From the IMG/VR virus record IMGVR_UViG_2926647115_000001: a stretch of DNA of 64,000 nucleotides, one strand, 5' to 3'. The notes beneath the pieces were generated by a model. The model did not search any database and was not told the origin of the DNA. It saw nothing but the letters and a program-made list of their open reading frames with translations. A program made the translations under genes and the position numbers. Shown here in pieces: positions 1 to 9,817 of the stretch (positions within the stretch are counted from its first letter, which is position 1; each line of letters starts with the position of its first letter). This DNA is from a virus (Duplodnaviria; Caudoviricetes).

Positions 1-60
1 CGCCGCTCGCGCCGCCGCCGTGGCCGTCGAGCCCTTCCCCTTGCTGCAGTTGCACCCCAT
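1..60 (-). CDS. Small phage protein, 5' part only (MGCNCSKGK...)
   Basis: ATG at 60 overlaps the stop of the head fusion gene; GGGGGAG RBS upstream; runs off the window. Confidence 0.5.
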   Translation of the reverse strand, partial: MGCNCSKGKGSTATAAARAA

Positions 61-2798
61 CAGTTGCTCCCCCTCTTCGTGTATCGGTTGATCTCCCGGG
101 CAGTCGCGGCCACCTGGGCCTGCGCCACCACAGCCGTCGCGGCCTCCAACGCCTGGGCGCGCTGCTGCCGCGCCTCCAACGCCTCAACCGCCTTCTCGGC
201 GGCCCGCTCGGCGGCGCGCTCCACGATGTGCAGCGGATCCACCGGCCGGCGCGGGATGTGCGCCACCATCGCGCGCGCCAGGTCCGCCGAGGCCGTCACC
301 GCAACGGTTTCGGCGTCCAGCGGCGCCACCGGGAACCCGGGGTTGTCCACCCCGACGGCGGCCATGAGCTCCAGCGACACCGTGCGCCATTCCCCGGAGA
401 TGTGGCGCAGCTTCGCCACGTCCTCCACCGTCAGCCCCGGCACCAGCGACCCGGCCGCGACGATGCCGTGCTCGTCCTCGTAGAACCGCACGTTCGCCGC
501 CGGGGTGCACATGGCCTCGTGGTACTCCCGCGCGTCGCGGTACGGGGCGTTGTCGGCGGCGTGCGGGCAGCCCACGATCAGCTGCCCGGCCCGGATCTGT
601 GTCCCGTCCGCGGTGACGACGTCCTTGTGGTGCGCCAGTTCGTAGTCGATCGTGGAGCTGGGCGGCGGCGGCACGCACTCGCCCTCGAACCCGCGGTGGC
701 ACGAGTTCCACAGCGCGATGTGCCCGAACACCTGCCCCTCGGGCGTGACCGTGATCGGCGTGGCCGCGGTCAGGTGCTGGTCCTCGAACCACTCGGCTGG
801 CGGCGCCTCGGGCGCGTTCTCCACTGCCTGCGCCACGATCGCCACCGCATCCACCGCGGCCGCCGTCACGACCGGCGCCGCGGTCTCCGTGCTCGTTCCC
901 ACGGGCTCACCCCCAGTGTCATCGGCTCGCGCCGTAACGGTCTTCCCGGCGTCCCCCGCGGACGCCTCCAACAGGTCCTCGACGGTGTCGACTTCGTCCA
1001 GCTCGTCACGGTCCTCGTCGTCGATCTCCGGCGCGAGCTGGCCCACCAGCGGGTAGTCGACGTACTCGCCACCGAACGCGACGCGGATCCGGTCCAGCGT
1101 GATCGGCCCGACCCGCTCCACCAGCCGCGCCACGTCGCTGGTGCGGTACGTGGCGGTGCAGTGCGGGATCCACGGGTTGTGTTGCTCCGGCAGCGGCACG
1201 TCCCCCAGCTCGTGCACCCGTTCGCACACGGACTCGTGCATCGCGGACAGGGTGCCGGTGTTGTCCCCCACCAGGTACACCACGCACTCGTCGTCCGTGC
1301 CCGGGTTGAACGCCGCCGCGGCCCACGCGTTCCCCTCGATCACCGGACCGATCGCCGCGATGTCCGCGGCGAGCTGGTGCACCGCGGCCTGCTGCTCGCT
1401 GCCCCACTGCGCCGCCTCACCGAGGAACAGCAACGTCACGTGCAGCTCCTCCAGCGGCATCGGGGTGCCGTCGTCCTGCACCGCGTCCTCGAGCGCAAGC
1501 CGCTGCACGTCGGCCTCCGATGGGATGAGCGCGATCATCCCGCTGGTGTGCTCGGCCGTCACCACCTCGGCCGGCTCGGTGTCGTCGGTAGCCTCCACGG
1601 CCTCGCACGGGCACGCCATGCTGTCCCCCATCTCCCCGTCCGCGGCCATGCCGCGCTCGTTCGGCCACTTCCCGGTGGTGAGCTTGTGGAGGCGCGCACA
1701 GGCCCCCTTGCGTTCCGAGTCGTCGTGGATGTACTCGGCCAAGTACCGGTCGCACCTGGTGAAGTCACCCGGGGAGCCCCACGCGATCTTCGCCGCGCCT
1801 TCCCCAGCGGTCCAGTACTGCAACAGCTGCGGCGGCATCACCGCCTCCAGACTCGGCTGCGCCTCGTCGACATCGGCGGCCACCGACGCGCCGCGGAACT
1901 CTCGCTCCATCGCCTCCCGCTCCCGTTCGATCAACTCCGGAGACAGCCCGATCACCAGGTCCTCCGCAACGGCTACGGCCACGCAGCGGCAGTTGATCAC
2001 CTCGTCAGCGGGCCCGAGCGGATCGCCCGGGTACCGCAGCGGGAACCCTCCGACCCGGAACGGCTCCCCGGACTCCACGATCTGCCGGTGCGCGCGACGG
2101 TGGGTCGGCCGTGTGCGGTTGTCCTGCGTGGCGATCCACATGCGCCGAAGCCGCTCGCCCAGCTCGGTCTCCGCGGCGTCGAGCGCGCGGGCCTGCGCGT
2201 AGTTGAACGCCCCAGTCGTCTCGGTGCGGGCAATCCGTTCGGCCTCCGGCGCCCACTCCTGGGTGTCGAGCTGTTGCGCCACCCGCTCACGCAGCTCTTG
2301 CGGCGTCTCCCCGCGCTCGAACCCCTCGGCCAGCTGGTGCTGGACCTGCTCCCACACCTGGTCCGGCACGTTCACCAGCCGGTTGCCGGCCTCGCGCACG
2401 TAGTCCGCGGCCATCTCGTCCACCCGCGCGCGGGTGCCGTCGGGCAGCGGGCGCGGGCCCGGGACCTCCGGCACCCCGGGGACGACCGAATCCGGGTCCC
2501 GTGGGCCGGGCGTTGGTGACGTGCGGGGAAGCCTCTCCAACCGGCCGGTGATCAGCCGCGTAATCGCCCTGCGCAGCCACGCAAGGATCGCCTGCACGGC
2601 GCTGTCCCAAGCCTGCCGGGCCGCGGCCCGGATGCTCTCCGCGTTCGGGGTGCCGCCGCCGTTCGCGGCTGCACGGGCGGCGGCCACCATCTGCTCGACA
2701 GCGTCACGGACAACGTTCTCCGCCTCGACCTGCAGGGCCTCAACCTCACGGTGGGCCTGCTCGAACGCGCGCTCGACGTCGCGGTCACTCGGCGCCAT
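60..2798 (-). CDS. Head morphogenesis (MuF/SPP1 gp7-like) + 2H phosphoesterase + capsid maturation protease fusion
   Basis: RIARTE..WIATQDNRTRPTH..PGDP..EVINCRC (MuF); LHVTL and PHCTA (two HxT motifs); C-terminal GQVFGHIALWNSCH protease-like region; follows portal. Confidence 0.8.
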   Translation of the reverse strand: MAPSDRDVERAFEQAHREVEALQVEAENVVRDAVEQMVAAARAAANGGGTPNAESIRAAARQAWDSAVQAILAWLRRAITRLITGRLERLPRTSPTPGPRDPDSVVPGVPEVPGPRPLPDGTRARVDEMAADYVREAGNRLVNVPDQVWEQVQHQLAEGFERGETPQELRERVAQQLDTQEWAPEAERIARTETTGAFNYAQARALDAAETELGERLRRMWIATQDNRTRPTHRRAHRQIVESGEPFRVGGFPLRYPGDPLGPADEVINCRCVAVAVAEDLVIGLSPELIEREREAMEREFRGASVAADVDEAQPSLEAVMPPQLLQYWTAGEGAAKIAWGSPGDFTRCDRYLAEYIHDDSERKGACARLHKLTTGKWPNERGMAADGEMGDSMACPCEAVEATDDTEPAEVVTAEHTSGMIALIPSEADVQRLALEDAVQDDGTPMPLEELHVTLLFLGEAAQWGSEQQAAVHQLAADIAAIGPVIEGNAWAAAAFNPGTDDECVVYLVGDNTGTLSAMHESVCERVHELGDVPLPEQHNPWIPHCTATYRTSDVARLVERVGPITLDRIRVAFGGEYVDYPLVGQLAPEIDDEDRDELDEVDTVEDLLEASAGDAGKTVTARADDTGGEPVGTSTETAAPVVTAAAVDAVAIVAQAVENAPEAPPAEWFEDQHLTAATPITVTPEGQVFGHIALWNSCHRGFEGECVPPPPSSTIDYELAHHKDVVTADGTQIRAGQLIVGCPHAADNAPYRDAREYHEAMCTPAANVRFYEDEHGIVAAGSLVPGLTVEDVAKLRHISGEWRTVSLELMAAVGVDNPGFPVAPLDAETVAVTASADLARAMVAHIPRRPVDPLHIVERAAERAAEKAVEALEARQQRAQALEAATAVVAQAQVAATAREINRYTKRGSN

Positions 2799-4758
2799 CG
2801 ACGCAGCCCTCCACGACGTGGGTCAGCCGGTCGAGGTCGTGGGGGCGGCGGTCCACGATCAGCTCCGACACGTACCCGGCGAGGCTGGCTTGCAGGCATT
2901 CCGGGTTCGCGCCGTGCTTGGCCGCGATCCCCGGGACCTGCGGGAAGCTGCCGCCGAACATCGCCTCGGCGTGCTCGCGCGGCGTCTCGTGCGGTTCCCG
3001 GTCCGCGGTGAGGGAGTGCACCAGGTAGATGGCCTGGGTGTCCACGTCCCGGCATGCCGCCACCCGGGACCGCTTCCGCTTCCGCCATGCCGCGCCCGCG
3101 CGTCCAAGTGCGGAGCACACCACGACGTCGCACGCCGCCACCAGCGGCCGCACGTCCGGCCTAGCCGAGGCCGTCGCCGCCGGAGTAGCCGGTGGCTGCG
3201 GCGCGGCGGGAGCGGGTTCGCCGGGGTCGGCTGGCGCCTCGGTGGTGGTGTCGCTGGGCGCGGCAGGACCCTGCTCGCCCTGCCCGTCCTCGAGCTGCCG
3301 CGGTTCGTCCCGCTGTGTGGTGGACTCGACCCGGATGGTGTCCTTCAACCCGAGCAGCGGCGCCAGCTGGCCCCACAAGTCCGGGTGGTTCTTGAGCGCC
3401 TGGAACGCGAGGATCTTGACTCGCTCTGGCCCGTCCGGGGCCTCGCCGTCGCGCAGGCCGGTGAAGGTGCGCAGCCCGTCGCCGTTCAGCTCGCCCCGGT
3501 CATACAGCTGGATCGCGGCCTCAGTGCGGTCCGGCTTGATCTCCAGGTCCGAGAGGTCCCACCGCACCACGTGCGTGTCGTCCAGGGCGGGCACGATGAG
3601 GCCCTTGGTGAGTGCTGAGGCGATCGCCGCCACCCGCCGGACGACGTGGGTGCGGATGGACTCGGACTGGATGAACTCCGCGTTGGAGTACTTGACACCG
3701 GAAAAGCCGGTCATCGTCTCCGGGGCCATGTCCATCGACATCGCGACCCGCCGGAGGTTCATCTCCCGGAACTCGTTGACGATGCCGGTCAGCTCATAGT
3801 CGAGCTTGAGGTGTTCCAGCCGCGTGTCGGCCGGCATCTTCAGCAGCACCGGGAGGATCGCCGCGGCGGTGCCCGGGTTGGCGATGTTCGCTTGCCCGAC
3901 GGTGGCCAGCATGTGCATCAGCGGGTCCATGCCCTCCGGCACATTCGCACCAGGGGGCGCGATCGGCGCGGCCTCGGCCGGCACCTGGAGGATGCCCGCG
4001 ACGGCGATTCGGGAGAGCAGGGTGGCCTGCACGTACTGGTCCAGGCGGCACAGCTCCCGCAGGTACGGGATCGCGGGTCGAGTGGAGGAGTCGACCTGCC
4101 AGGCACGGCCGGGGTGCCGGTCCCACATGTGGATCACCAGCGTGCCCTTGGGGAGTCGTTCCTTGCGCGCCCCACCTCGGTCCACAAGGTACGGGGAGCC
4201 ACCCTTGTCGTTAGCCCGCTTCAGCTCTTGCTTGTCGAGCTTGAAGTCCTGGTCCGACCAGACGGCCCAGCCGTCGTCGTCGGACACGGTGATCAACGAC
4301 TGGCCGCTGATCATGCCCTGCACGCCGAGCGCCCACTTCAACTCCGCGGACATGGTTTCGCCGCCGAGCAGGTCCCGGGACAGCGCGGCCGCGTCTCCGG
4401 TCTCCACCTCGCGTGGCACACCGTCGTCGTCGTACTTCGCGACGAACAGGCGGGCCTGGGCCACCGAGCGGCCGTTCTGCCCGGCGACGTAATGCAGTTC
4501 ACCGACGCTGTCGTAGTACTGCCAACACTCCGTTTCCCAGCCCTCGGCGTTGTTGGGCCGGATCAGCCGGCCGGTCGGCGGGTCACCGATCCGGTAGGAC
4601 TCGGCGGTAGCGATGAGCGCGGGCGCGGCAGCCTTCTCCCACATCGCCCGCACCCGCTGCTGGGTCGCTTCGTCGGCGCCCATCTCCTGCGCCTTCTGGC
4701 CGGCGCGCTGAAGCTCCTCATCCACCCACCCGCTCACGGGTGGCCGCTTACCGCCCAC
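2785..4758 (-). CDS. Phage portal protein
   Basis: 657 aa between terL and MuF gene; WQYYDSVGELHY..SVAQARLFVA and SRIAVAGILQVP motifs resemble actinophage portals. Confidence 0.8.
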   Translation of the reverse strand: MGGKRPPVSGWVDEELQRAGQKAQEMGADEATQQRVRAMWEKAAAPALIATAESYRIGDPPTGRLIRPNNAEGWETECWQYYDSVGELHYVAGQNGRSVAQARLFVAKYDDDGVPREVETGDAAALSRDLLGGETMSAELKWALGVQGMISGQSLITVSDDDGWAVWSDQDFKLDKQELKRANDKGGSPYLVDRGGARKERLPKGTLVIHMWDRHPGRAWQVDSSTRPAIPYLRELCRLDQYVQATLLSRIAVAGILQVPAEAAPIAPPGANVPEGMDPLMHMLATVGQANIANPGTAAAILPVLLKMPADTRLEHLKLDYELTGIVNEFREMNLRRVAMSMDMAPETMTGFSGVKYSNAEFIQSESIRTHVVRRVAAIASALTKGLIVPALDDTHVVRWDLSDLEIKPDRTEAAIQLYDRGELNGDGLRTFTGLRDGEAPDGPERVKILAFQALKNHPDLWGQLAPLLGLKDTIRVESTTQRDEPRQLEDGQGEQGPAAPSDTTTEAPADPGEPAPAAPQPPATPAATASARPDVRPLVAACDVVVCSALGRAGAAWRKRKRSRVAACRDVDTQAIYLVHSLTADREPHETPREHAEAMFGGSFPQVPGIAAKHGANPECLQASLAGYVSELIVDRRPHDLDRLTHVVEGCVDGAE

Positions 4759-4788
4759 ACGCTCACCTCCCCCCGGTTCGCTTCCTGG

Positions 4789-5118
4789 TTAGGCGTGCAC
4801 GACCGCGGTGGACACGGCGAACGAGGAGGCCCACACCCCCGCGACGTACTGCCACCAGCGCTTCTCGCCCCACAGGTGCGCGCTGGTGACGGTGGCGGCG
4901 GTGATCCAGAACCCGATACACCACGGGCAGTTCACCAGCTGTGTGGCCCAGTGCGGGTCGTGCTCGGCATCGTCGGCTGTGTACTCCTCGCCGTGCTTGC
5001 GCACGTTGGCCCAGTGTTCGAGCTTCGCGCGCGGCACGTCCGTGATGGAGTCGCGCGTCACCAGCCGTGTGAGACGCGCCGCCGCACCGATCGCGAGCAG
5101 CGCCGTTCCCGGCCTCAT
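4789..5118 (-). CDS. DUF1360-like membrane protein
   Basis: AARLTRLVTRDSIT and LVNCPWCIGFW motifs; start placed at ATG 5118. Confidence 0.7.
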   Translation of the reverse strand: MRPGTALLAIGAAARLTRLVTRDSITDVPRAKLEHWANVRKHGEEYTADDAEHDPHWATQLVNCPWCIGFWITAATVTSAHLWGEKRWWQYVAGVWASSFAVSTAVVHA

Positions 5119-5191
5119 CCCCCAGTTCACCCCCCAGTGAAGAACCAGCCGCGGCCGGTTCGCCTTGATCGTACCGCTCCTGTTGCGCAAT

Positions 5192-6781
5192 TCATCCGAA
5201 CGGACGCCCGCCGGGTTGCGGACCGAAACCGCCACCGAAGCCGGGCAGCGTGCCGTACGGGTTGACCGCGCTGTACGGGTTGACCAGCTGTGACCCGCCC
5301 ATCGCCGGGTGCGCCACCACTTCCGCCGGCTCGTTGCGAATCGGGAGCAGCTCGTAGGCGAGGTACACGCTGGCGTCGATCCGGCCCGGCGATTCGGTGT
5401 CGCTGGGCCGCCACGAGTACCACTCGGACTCCAGCTCGGGCAGTTTCGCCCCGAGCCGCAACCGGTCCTCCACGAACTGTTGCGCGATCGGTTCGGCCCT
5501 CAACTGCTTGCCCTTGCGGGCCCGGACCGGCTTGACCTTCGGCGCGAGCCGCTGGAATCGCTCGTCGTCGGGCCGCTCACGTTGCAACGCCTCCCACGAC
5601 GACTTGATCACCACCTCGGCCTGGTCGCCGCCGAAGTTGTGCTCGTAGAGGACCACGTCGGCGTCGATGTCCGCCGCGAGCAGCGCTGCCGCCCGGCCCC
5701 ACTCGCGGGACGGGCCGGTGATGCTGGCGTCGTGGGTGATGTAGACCCGGTCGTCGGTGCCGAGGAAACCGCCGATGATGCCGGCCAGGTCCCGGCCGCC
5801 GCCGGACGGGTCGATCGCCACCGCGCTGCGACGCGGCGCGGCCGGGGGCGGCAGGTGCCACCGCTCCCGCAGCTGGTCCGCGGTGACGAGCGCGCCCGTC
5901 ATGGGCTTGGGGTCGCACATGTAGAGCGACACCCAGTCCCGGGCGGTGATCGAACGGCGCCGCCGTTCCCAGAACTCGCGCAGCGCCTCGACGTCGTCGC
6001 TCGGGATCTTCGGGTGCGTCAACGGCTCCCCAGGGGCCCGGCCGAGCTGGTCGTTGACGTCGGCGAACGCCGGGAGCTTCACGACCCGCCAGGTGCCGCC
6101 GTCCTCGACGCGTCCGTCTTGCTGGAGCACGCGGTGGGCGAGGTCGTCCGGGTGCCAGAGGGTCATGATCAGGATGACCGGTGCGCCCGGAGCGAGCCTG
6201 GACAGCATGTCGGCGGAGTACCAGTCCCACACCGCGTCCCGGTAGGCCTTCGACTCGGCCTCGGCTCGGGACTTATGCGGGTCGTCGATTATTAGCAGGT
6301 CGCCTGGAAGTCCGGTAACTCCTGCACCAACGCCGCGGCTGGCGCAACCACCTCCAGCAGTCAGCTGCCAGTCGTTGACCTGCCCGGAGCCCCACTCGAC
6401 GGCGATGTTGTACCGCCACCCCTGCGTCGCGACCAGCTTGCGCACCTGCTTCCCTCGCGCGGTGGCGAGGTTGCTCGAGTACGAGCCGATGATGATCCGC
6501 TCGGACGGCTGCCGGGCGAGCCACCAGAACGGCGTCCACACCGCCGCGAGCGTGGTTTTCCCGGTCTGCGGCGGCACCGCGATCAGGAGGCGGTCCCCGT
6601 CGCCGTTCCCAATCCGCGCGACCTCGCGGGAGATCAGATCGAGGTGCGGTCTCCTGTCGTAGCCGGGCGAGCAGAACTGGGCGAGCGCGGCCGGCTCGGC
6701 GAGCGCGGCCTGCGCCGCGCGCCGGTGCTGCTCGGCCAGTTCCGCCAGCGCCGACGGCGGCAGGTCGGCGACCGCGGTCAC
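5192..6781 (-). CDS. terL: Terminase large subunit
   Basis: Walker A PPQTGKT, Walker B LIIDDPHK, C-terminal nuclease AIDPS..SPGRIDA. Confidence 0.92.
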   Translation of the reverse strand: MTAVADLPPSALAELAEQHRRAAQAALAEPAALAQFCSPGYDRRPHLDLISREVARIGNGDGDRLLIAVPPQTGKTTLAAVWTPFWWLARQPSERIIIGSYSSNLATARGKQVRKLVATQGWRYNIAVEWGSGQVNDWQLTAGGGCASRGVGAGVTGLPGDLLIIDDPHKSRAEAESKAYRDAVWDWYSADMLSRLAPGAPVILIMTLWHPDDLAHRVLQQDGRVEDGGTWRVVKLPAFADVNDQLGRAPGEPLTHPKIPSDDVEALREFWERRRRSITARDWVSLYMCDPKPMTGALVTADQLRERWHLPPPAAPRRSAVAIDPSGGGRDLAGIIGGFLGTDDRVYITHDASITGPSREWGRAAALLAADIDADVVLYEHNFGGDQAEVVIKSSWEALQRERPDDERFQRLAPKVKPVRARKGKQLRAEPIAQQFVEDRLRLGAKLPELESEWYSWRPSDTESPGRIDASVYLAYELLPIRNEPAEVVAHPAMGGSQLVNPYSAVNPYGTLPGFGGGFGPQPGGRPFG

Positions 6782-7350
6782 GACGCCTTGCCGCCCTCGA
6801 CCACCCGCAGCACCGACCGCGCCATCTCCGCCGCCCGGTCACGCACCTGCTCGGGCGACAGGTCCTTGAACTCCTCCACCTGGATCGGGCCGCGGTCGGC
6901 GCCGGTCAGCTCGATGACCTGGTCCGGCTTGTCCAACGCCATCCGCCGGAACACCTCGACCATGCGCGCCCACCCCGGCATGTCCTTCGGGTCGAGCACG
7001 GTCTTGCGGTCGATGTGTTGCCGCACGCTGTGCGACAGCACCGCGGTGGCGGCGGTGGCGAGCATCATCTGGCGTTCGGCCAGCGAGATCTCCTGCTGCA
7101 TGATCGCGGCGCGCCGCTCGCGGGTGCGGTGCCCGTCCCACTGGGCGACCCGTTCCCGCCACCGGTACTTCTCCGCCGCGTCCGCCACCGTGGAGCGGTC
7201 CAGCCCGTACTTCTCCGCCACCGCGGCGAATGACCGCTTCCCCGGCTCCATCTCCAGGTAGTCGTTGAACCGCGCGAACTGCCGGTCGGACTCGCCGGGC
7301 TGTCGGTCCCACGGATCGCCCTGGTACGGGCCGTTGAGACGCTCCACCAT
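6778..7350 (-). CDS. Probable terminase small subunit (HTH)
   Basis: PWDRQPGES..F..YLEM..RS..WRERVAQWD motif; overlaps terL start. Confidence 0.7.
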   Translation of the reverse strand: MVERLNGPYQGDPWDRQPGESDRQFARFNDYLEMEPGKRSFAAVAEKYGLDRSTVADAAEKYRWRERVAQWDGHRTRERRAAIMQQEISLAERQMMLATAATAVLSHSVRQHIDRKTVLDPKDMPGWARMVEVFRRMALDKPDQVIELTGADRGPIQVEEFKDLSPEQVRDRAAEMARSVLRVVEGGKAS

Positions 7351-7378
7351 CCACCCCCCAGTGGTTTCGCGTGCCGCC

Positions 7379-7966
7379 CTATCGGGCGGCGTCGAGGAAT
7401 TCCGCGCGCGCCGCGGGCTCGGTGAGCAGCACCCCCCGCAGCGCCGTCGTGGTCATCTGCGCGCCCGGCTTCCGCACCCCCCGCACGGCCATGCACGAGT
7501 GCGTGGAGGTCACCTTCACCCCGACCCCGACCGGGGACAGGTGGGTGGCGATCGCGTCGGCGATCTGCTCGGTCAGCCGTTCCTGCACCTGTAAGCGGCG
7601 GGCGAAGTGGTCGACCAGCCGCGGCAGCTTCGAGAGCCCAACAACGTCCTGCCCGGCCGGGATGTAGGCGACCCAGGCGCGGCCGGTGAACGGCAACAGG
7701 TGGTGCTCGCACACGGAGTCGAACGGGATCGGCCCCACGGTGATCATCTGCCCCGAGCCGGTGCCCTCGCCGAACACCCGCGCCAGCAGCGCGGCCGGGT
7801 CTCCCGGCCGATCGGTCATGTCGATCAGCGCGTCGATCACCCGCCGGGGCGTGTCCTCGAGCCCGGCCCGGTCCGGGTCGTCCCCGGTGAGCGCGATCAT
7901 GGCGCGCACGCCCTCGGTGGCGATCTTCCGCAGCCGCGCGGTCTCCGCGGCGTCGGTGGCGTTCAT
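7379..7966 (-). CDS. folE: GTP cyclohydrolase I
   Basis: GLEDTPRRV, SVCEHHLLPF, GLSKLPR, RLQVQERLT, HSCMAVRG. Confidence 0.95.
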   Translation of the reverse strand: MNATDAAETARLRKIATEGVRAMIALTGDDPDRAGLEDTPRRVIDALIDMTDRPGDPAALLARVFGEGTGSGQMITVGPIPFDSVCEHHLLPFTGRAWVAYIPAGQDVVGLSKLPRLVDHFARRLQVQERLTEQIADAIATHLSPVGVGVKVTSTHSCMAVRGVRKPGAQMTTTALRGVLLTEPAARAEFLDAAR

Positions 7967-8712
7967 CGGCCCCGTTCCTCTCCCCACAGCAGCGTGTGCA
8001 AACGGCTGGTGGTGTTCCAGCCGCGCGCGATGACGCCGTCGACCAGGGCGCGGTGGGTGGTGAGCACCTGCTCGGGTGTGACGCCTTCCGGCATCACCCA
8101 CACCGCCCCGGCCGGCACCTGGTGCTCGTCCACCACGGCGGCGATCTCGTCCAGGTCCTCCCGGGTCGTGGCCACGAACTTGAAGCACGCCCGGCCGGTG
8201 GCGGCGATCTCCGCGAACCGGGCGAGCGCCTTGGGGCGGATGCGGCGCTTGGCCGTGTCGGCGCCGTTGTTCGCCAGCTTCGGCGACACCGTGAAGTGCG
8301 CGACCAGCTCGACCACCGACCCGGACGGCGGGATGGTCCCGTTGGTCTCGACGTGCACCTCACCGGCCGCGGTCAACCCGGCCAAGAGGGCGTCCATCGC
8401 GGGTTTGCGCTGGTGCATCAACGGTTCCCCGCCGGTGAGCACGAACAGCGGCACACCAAAGCTCGTGGCCTGCTCGACGATCGCGGCGACCTGGGTGTCC
8501 GGGATCTCCTCCGCAAGGTCGAACCGGGACGCGTCCCACGTGAACGCGCTGTCGCACCACCGACAGGCGAGGTTGCACAGACCGAGCCGCACGAACACCG
8601 CCTGCCGCCCGGTCGCCGGCCCTTCACCCTGGATCGTGCGGAAGCACTCGGCGAACGGCAGTTGCATCGACCGCTGCCCCAGCAGCCGCCCGAGGTGCAG
8701 CCCGGCCGTCAC
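7963..8712 (-). CDS. queE: 7-carboxy-7-deazaguanine synthase (radical SAM)
   Basis: TIQGEG, CNLACRWCD, LTGGEPL, ETNG, VSPKL; GTG start overlaps queD stop (alternative ATG 8667). Confidence 0.93.
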   Translation of the reverse strand: MTAGLHLGRLLGQRSMQLPFAECFRTIQGEGPATGRQAVFVRLGLCNLACRWCDSAFTWDASRFDLAEEIPDTQVAAIVEQATSFGVPLFVLTGGEPLMHQRKPAMDALLAGLTAAGEVHVETNGTIPPSGSVVELVAHFTVSPKLANNGADTAKRRIRPKALARFAEIAATGRACFKFVATTREDLDEIAAVVDEHQVPAGAVWVMPEGVTPEQVLTTHRALVDGVIARGWNTTSRLHTLLWGEERGR

Positions 8713-9149
8713 GGGGCCACCTCGGCGCGGTTGTTCTCGGTCTCCTGCACCACGACACGCGCCACCCGCAGCGGCGTGGTGTAGCCGCCGACGATCTCCG
8801 CCGCCACCCGGGACAGCAGCTCGGCGACCGCCTCCACCGTGGGCCACGACAGGTCGCGCGCCAGGCGGTGCTCGCCGAACCGGAACACCTTCAACCCGCC
8901 ATCGACGAGCCGGGCCGCCCACTCGTCTTCGGCGCCGAGCAGCATGCCGTGGTCGAGGTTCTGGTCAACCCACCGTTGCAGCGCGGCTTTCAGCTCCCCG
9001 AAGTCGACCACCACGTCCTGGTCGTTCATCGTCCCGGCGACGGTGATCCACCCCTGCCACGAGTGGCCGTGCAGGTTGTGGCACTTCCCGGGCAGCTGCG
9101 GGAGCCGGTGACCGGCCTCGAACCTGACCCGGATGGACACGTTCGTCAC
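8709..9149 (-). CDS. queD: 6-carboxytetrahydropterin synthase
   Basis: FEAGHRL..KCHNLHGHS, VVDFGELK, LDH, PTVE, VQET. Confidence 0.93.
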   Translation of the reverse strand: MTNVSIRVRFEAGHRLPQLPGKCHNLHGHSWQGWITVAGTMNDQDVVVDFGELKAALQRWVDQNLDHGMLLGAEDEWAARLVDGGLKVFRFGEHRLARDLSWPTVEAVAELLSRVAAEIVGGYTTPLRVARVVVQETENNRAEVAP

Positions 9150-9817
9150 GCGGCCACCTCGTACACGGTCGGGTCCGCCACCCCGGAGTCGGCGAACGCT
9201 TCGCGCCGCTCCACGCAGGTGCCGCACTGTCCGCAGTGGACCTCGCGGCCCTCGTAGCAGGACCACGTCAGGCCCACCGGCACGGCGAGGTCCCCAGCGC
9301 GGGCGGCGATCGCGGTCTTGGAGATGTGCACGAACGGCGCGTCGAGGGTGACGGCACCGTCGGTGCCCAGCTCGATGGTGCGGCGTGCGGCGTCGACGAA
9401 CTCGGGCCGGCAGTCCGGGTAGATGGGGTGGTCCCCGGCGTGCATCGCCGCCACGACGTGGGTGCAGCCGGTGGACAGCGCGACACCGGCGGCCGCCATG
9501 AGAAGGGTGGCGTTGCGGTTCGGCACGACCGTGGCGGCCATCGACGGCGCCGCGTAGTGCCCGTGCGGTACCGCCACGTCGGTGTCGGTGAGCGCGGACC
9601 CGGACAGGTGGGTGCCCCAGGAGGTCAGGTCCAGGACGCGGTGCTCGACACCGTAGTGCGCAGCGACCTCCGCGGCGGAGCGCAGCTCGCGGGCGTGCCG
9701 CTGCCCGTAGTTCACCGACAGCGCCACCCGGGCGGTGCCTTCGGCGTGCCGCAACCCGAGCGCGGTGGCGGAGTCCAGCCCGCCGGAGAGCAGGACAAGG
9801 TCGCGACGTTCGGTCAT
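9146..9817 (-). CDS. queC: 7-cyano-7-deazaguanine synthase
   Basis: LSGGLDS, YGQRH, VPNRN, YPDCRPEF, TWSCY..CGQCGTC. Confidence 0.95.
   Translation of the reverse strand: MTERRDLVLLSGGLDSATALGLRHAEGTARVALSVNYGQRHARELRSAAEVAAHYGVEHRVLDLTSWGTHLSGSALTDTDVAVPHGHYAAPSMAATVVPNRNATLLMAAAGVALSTGCTHVVAAMHAGDHPIYPDCRPEFVDAARRTIELGTDGAVTLDAPFVHISKTAIAARAGDLAVPVGLTWSCYEGREVHCGQCGTCVERREAFADSGVADPTVYEVAA

Noticed and set aside
7379-9817. Host queuosine tRNA-modification operon
   Set aside because: No queF/queA/queG; embedded between parB/dpdA-like genes and terminase, which fits DNA modification
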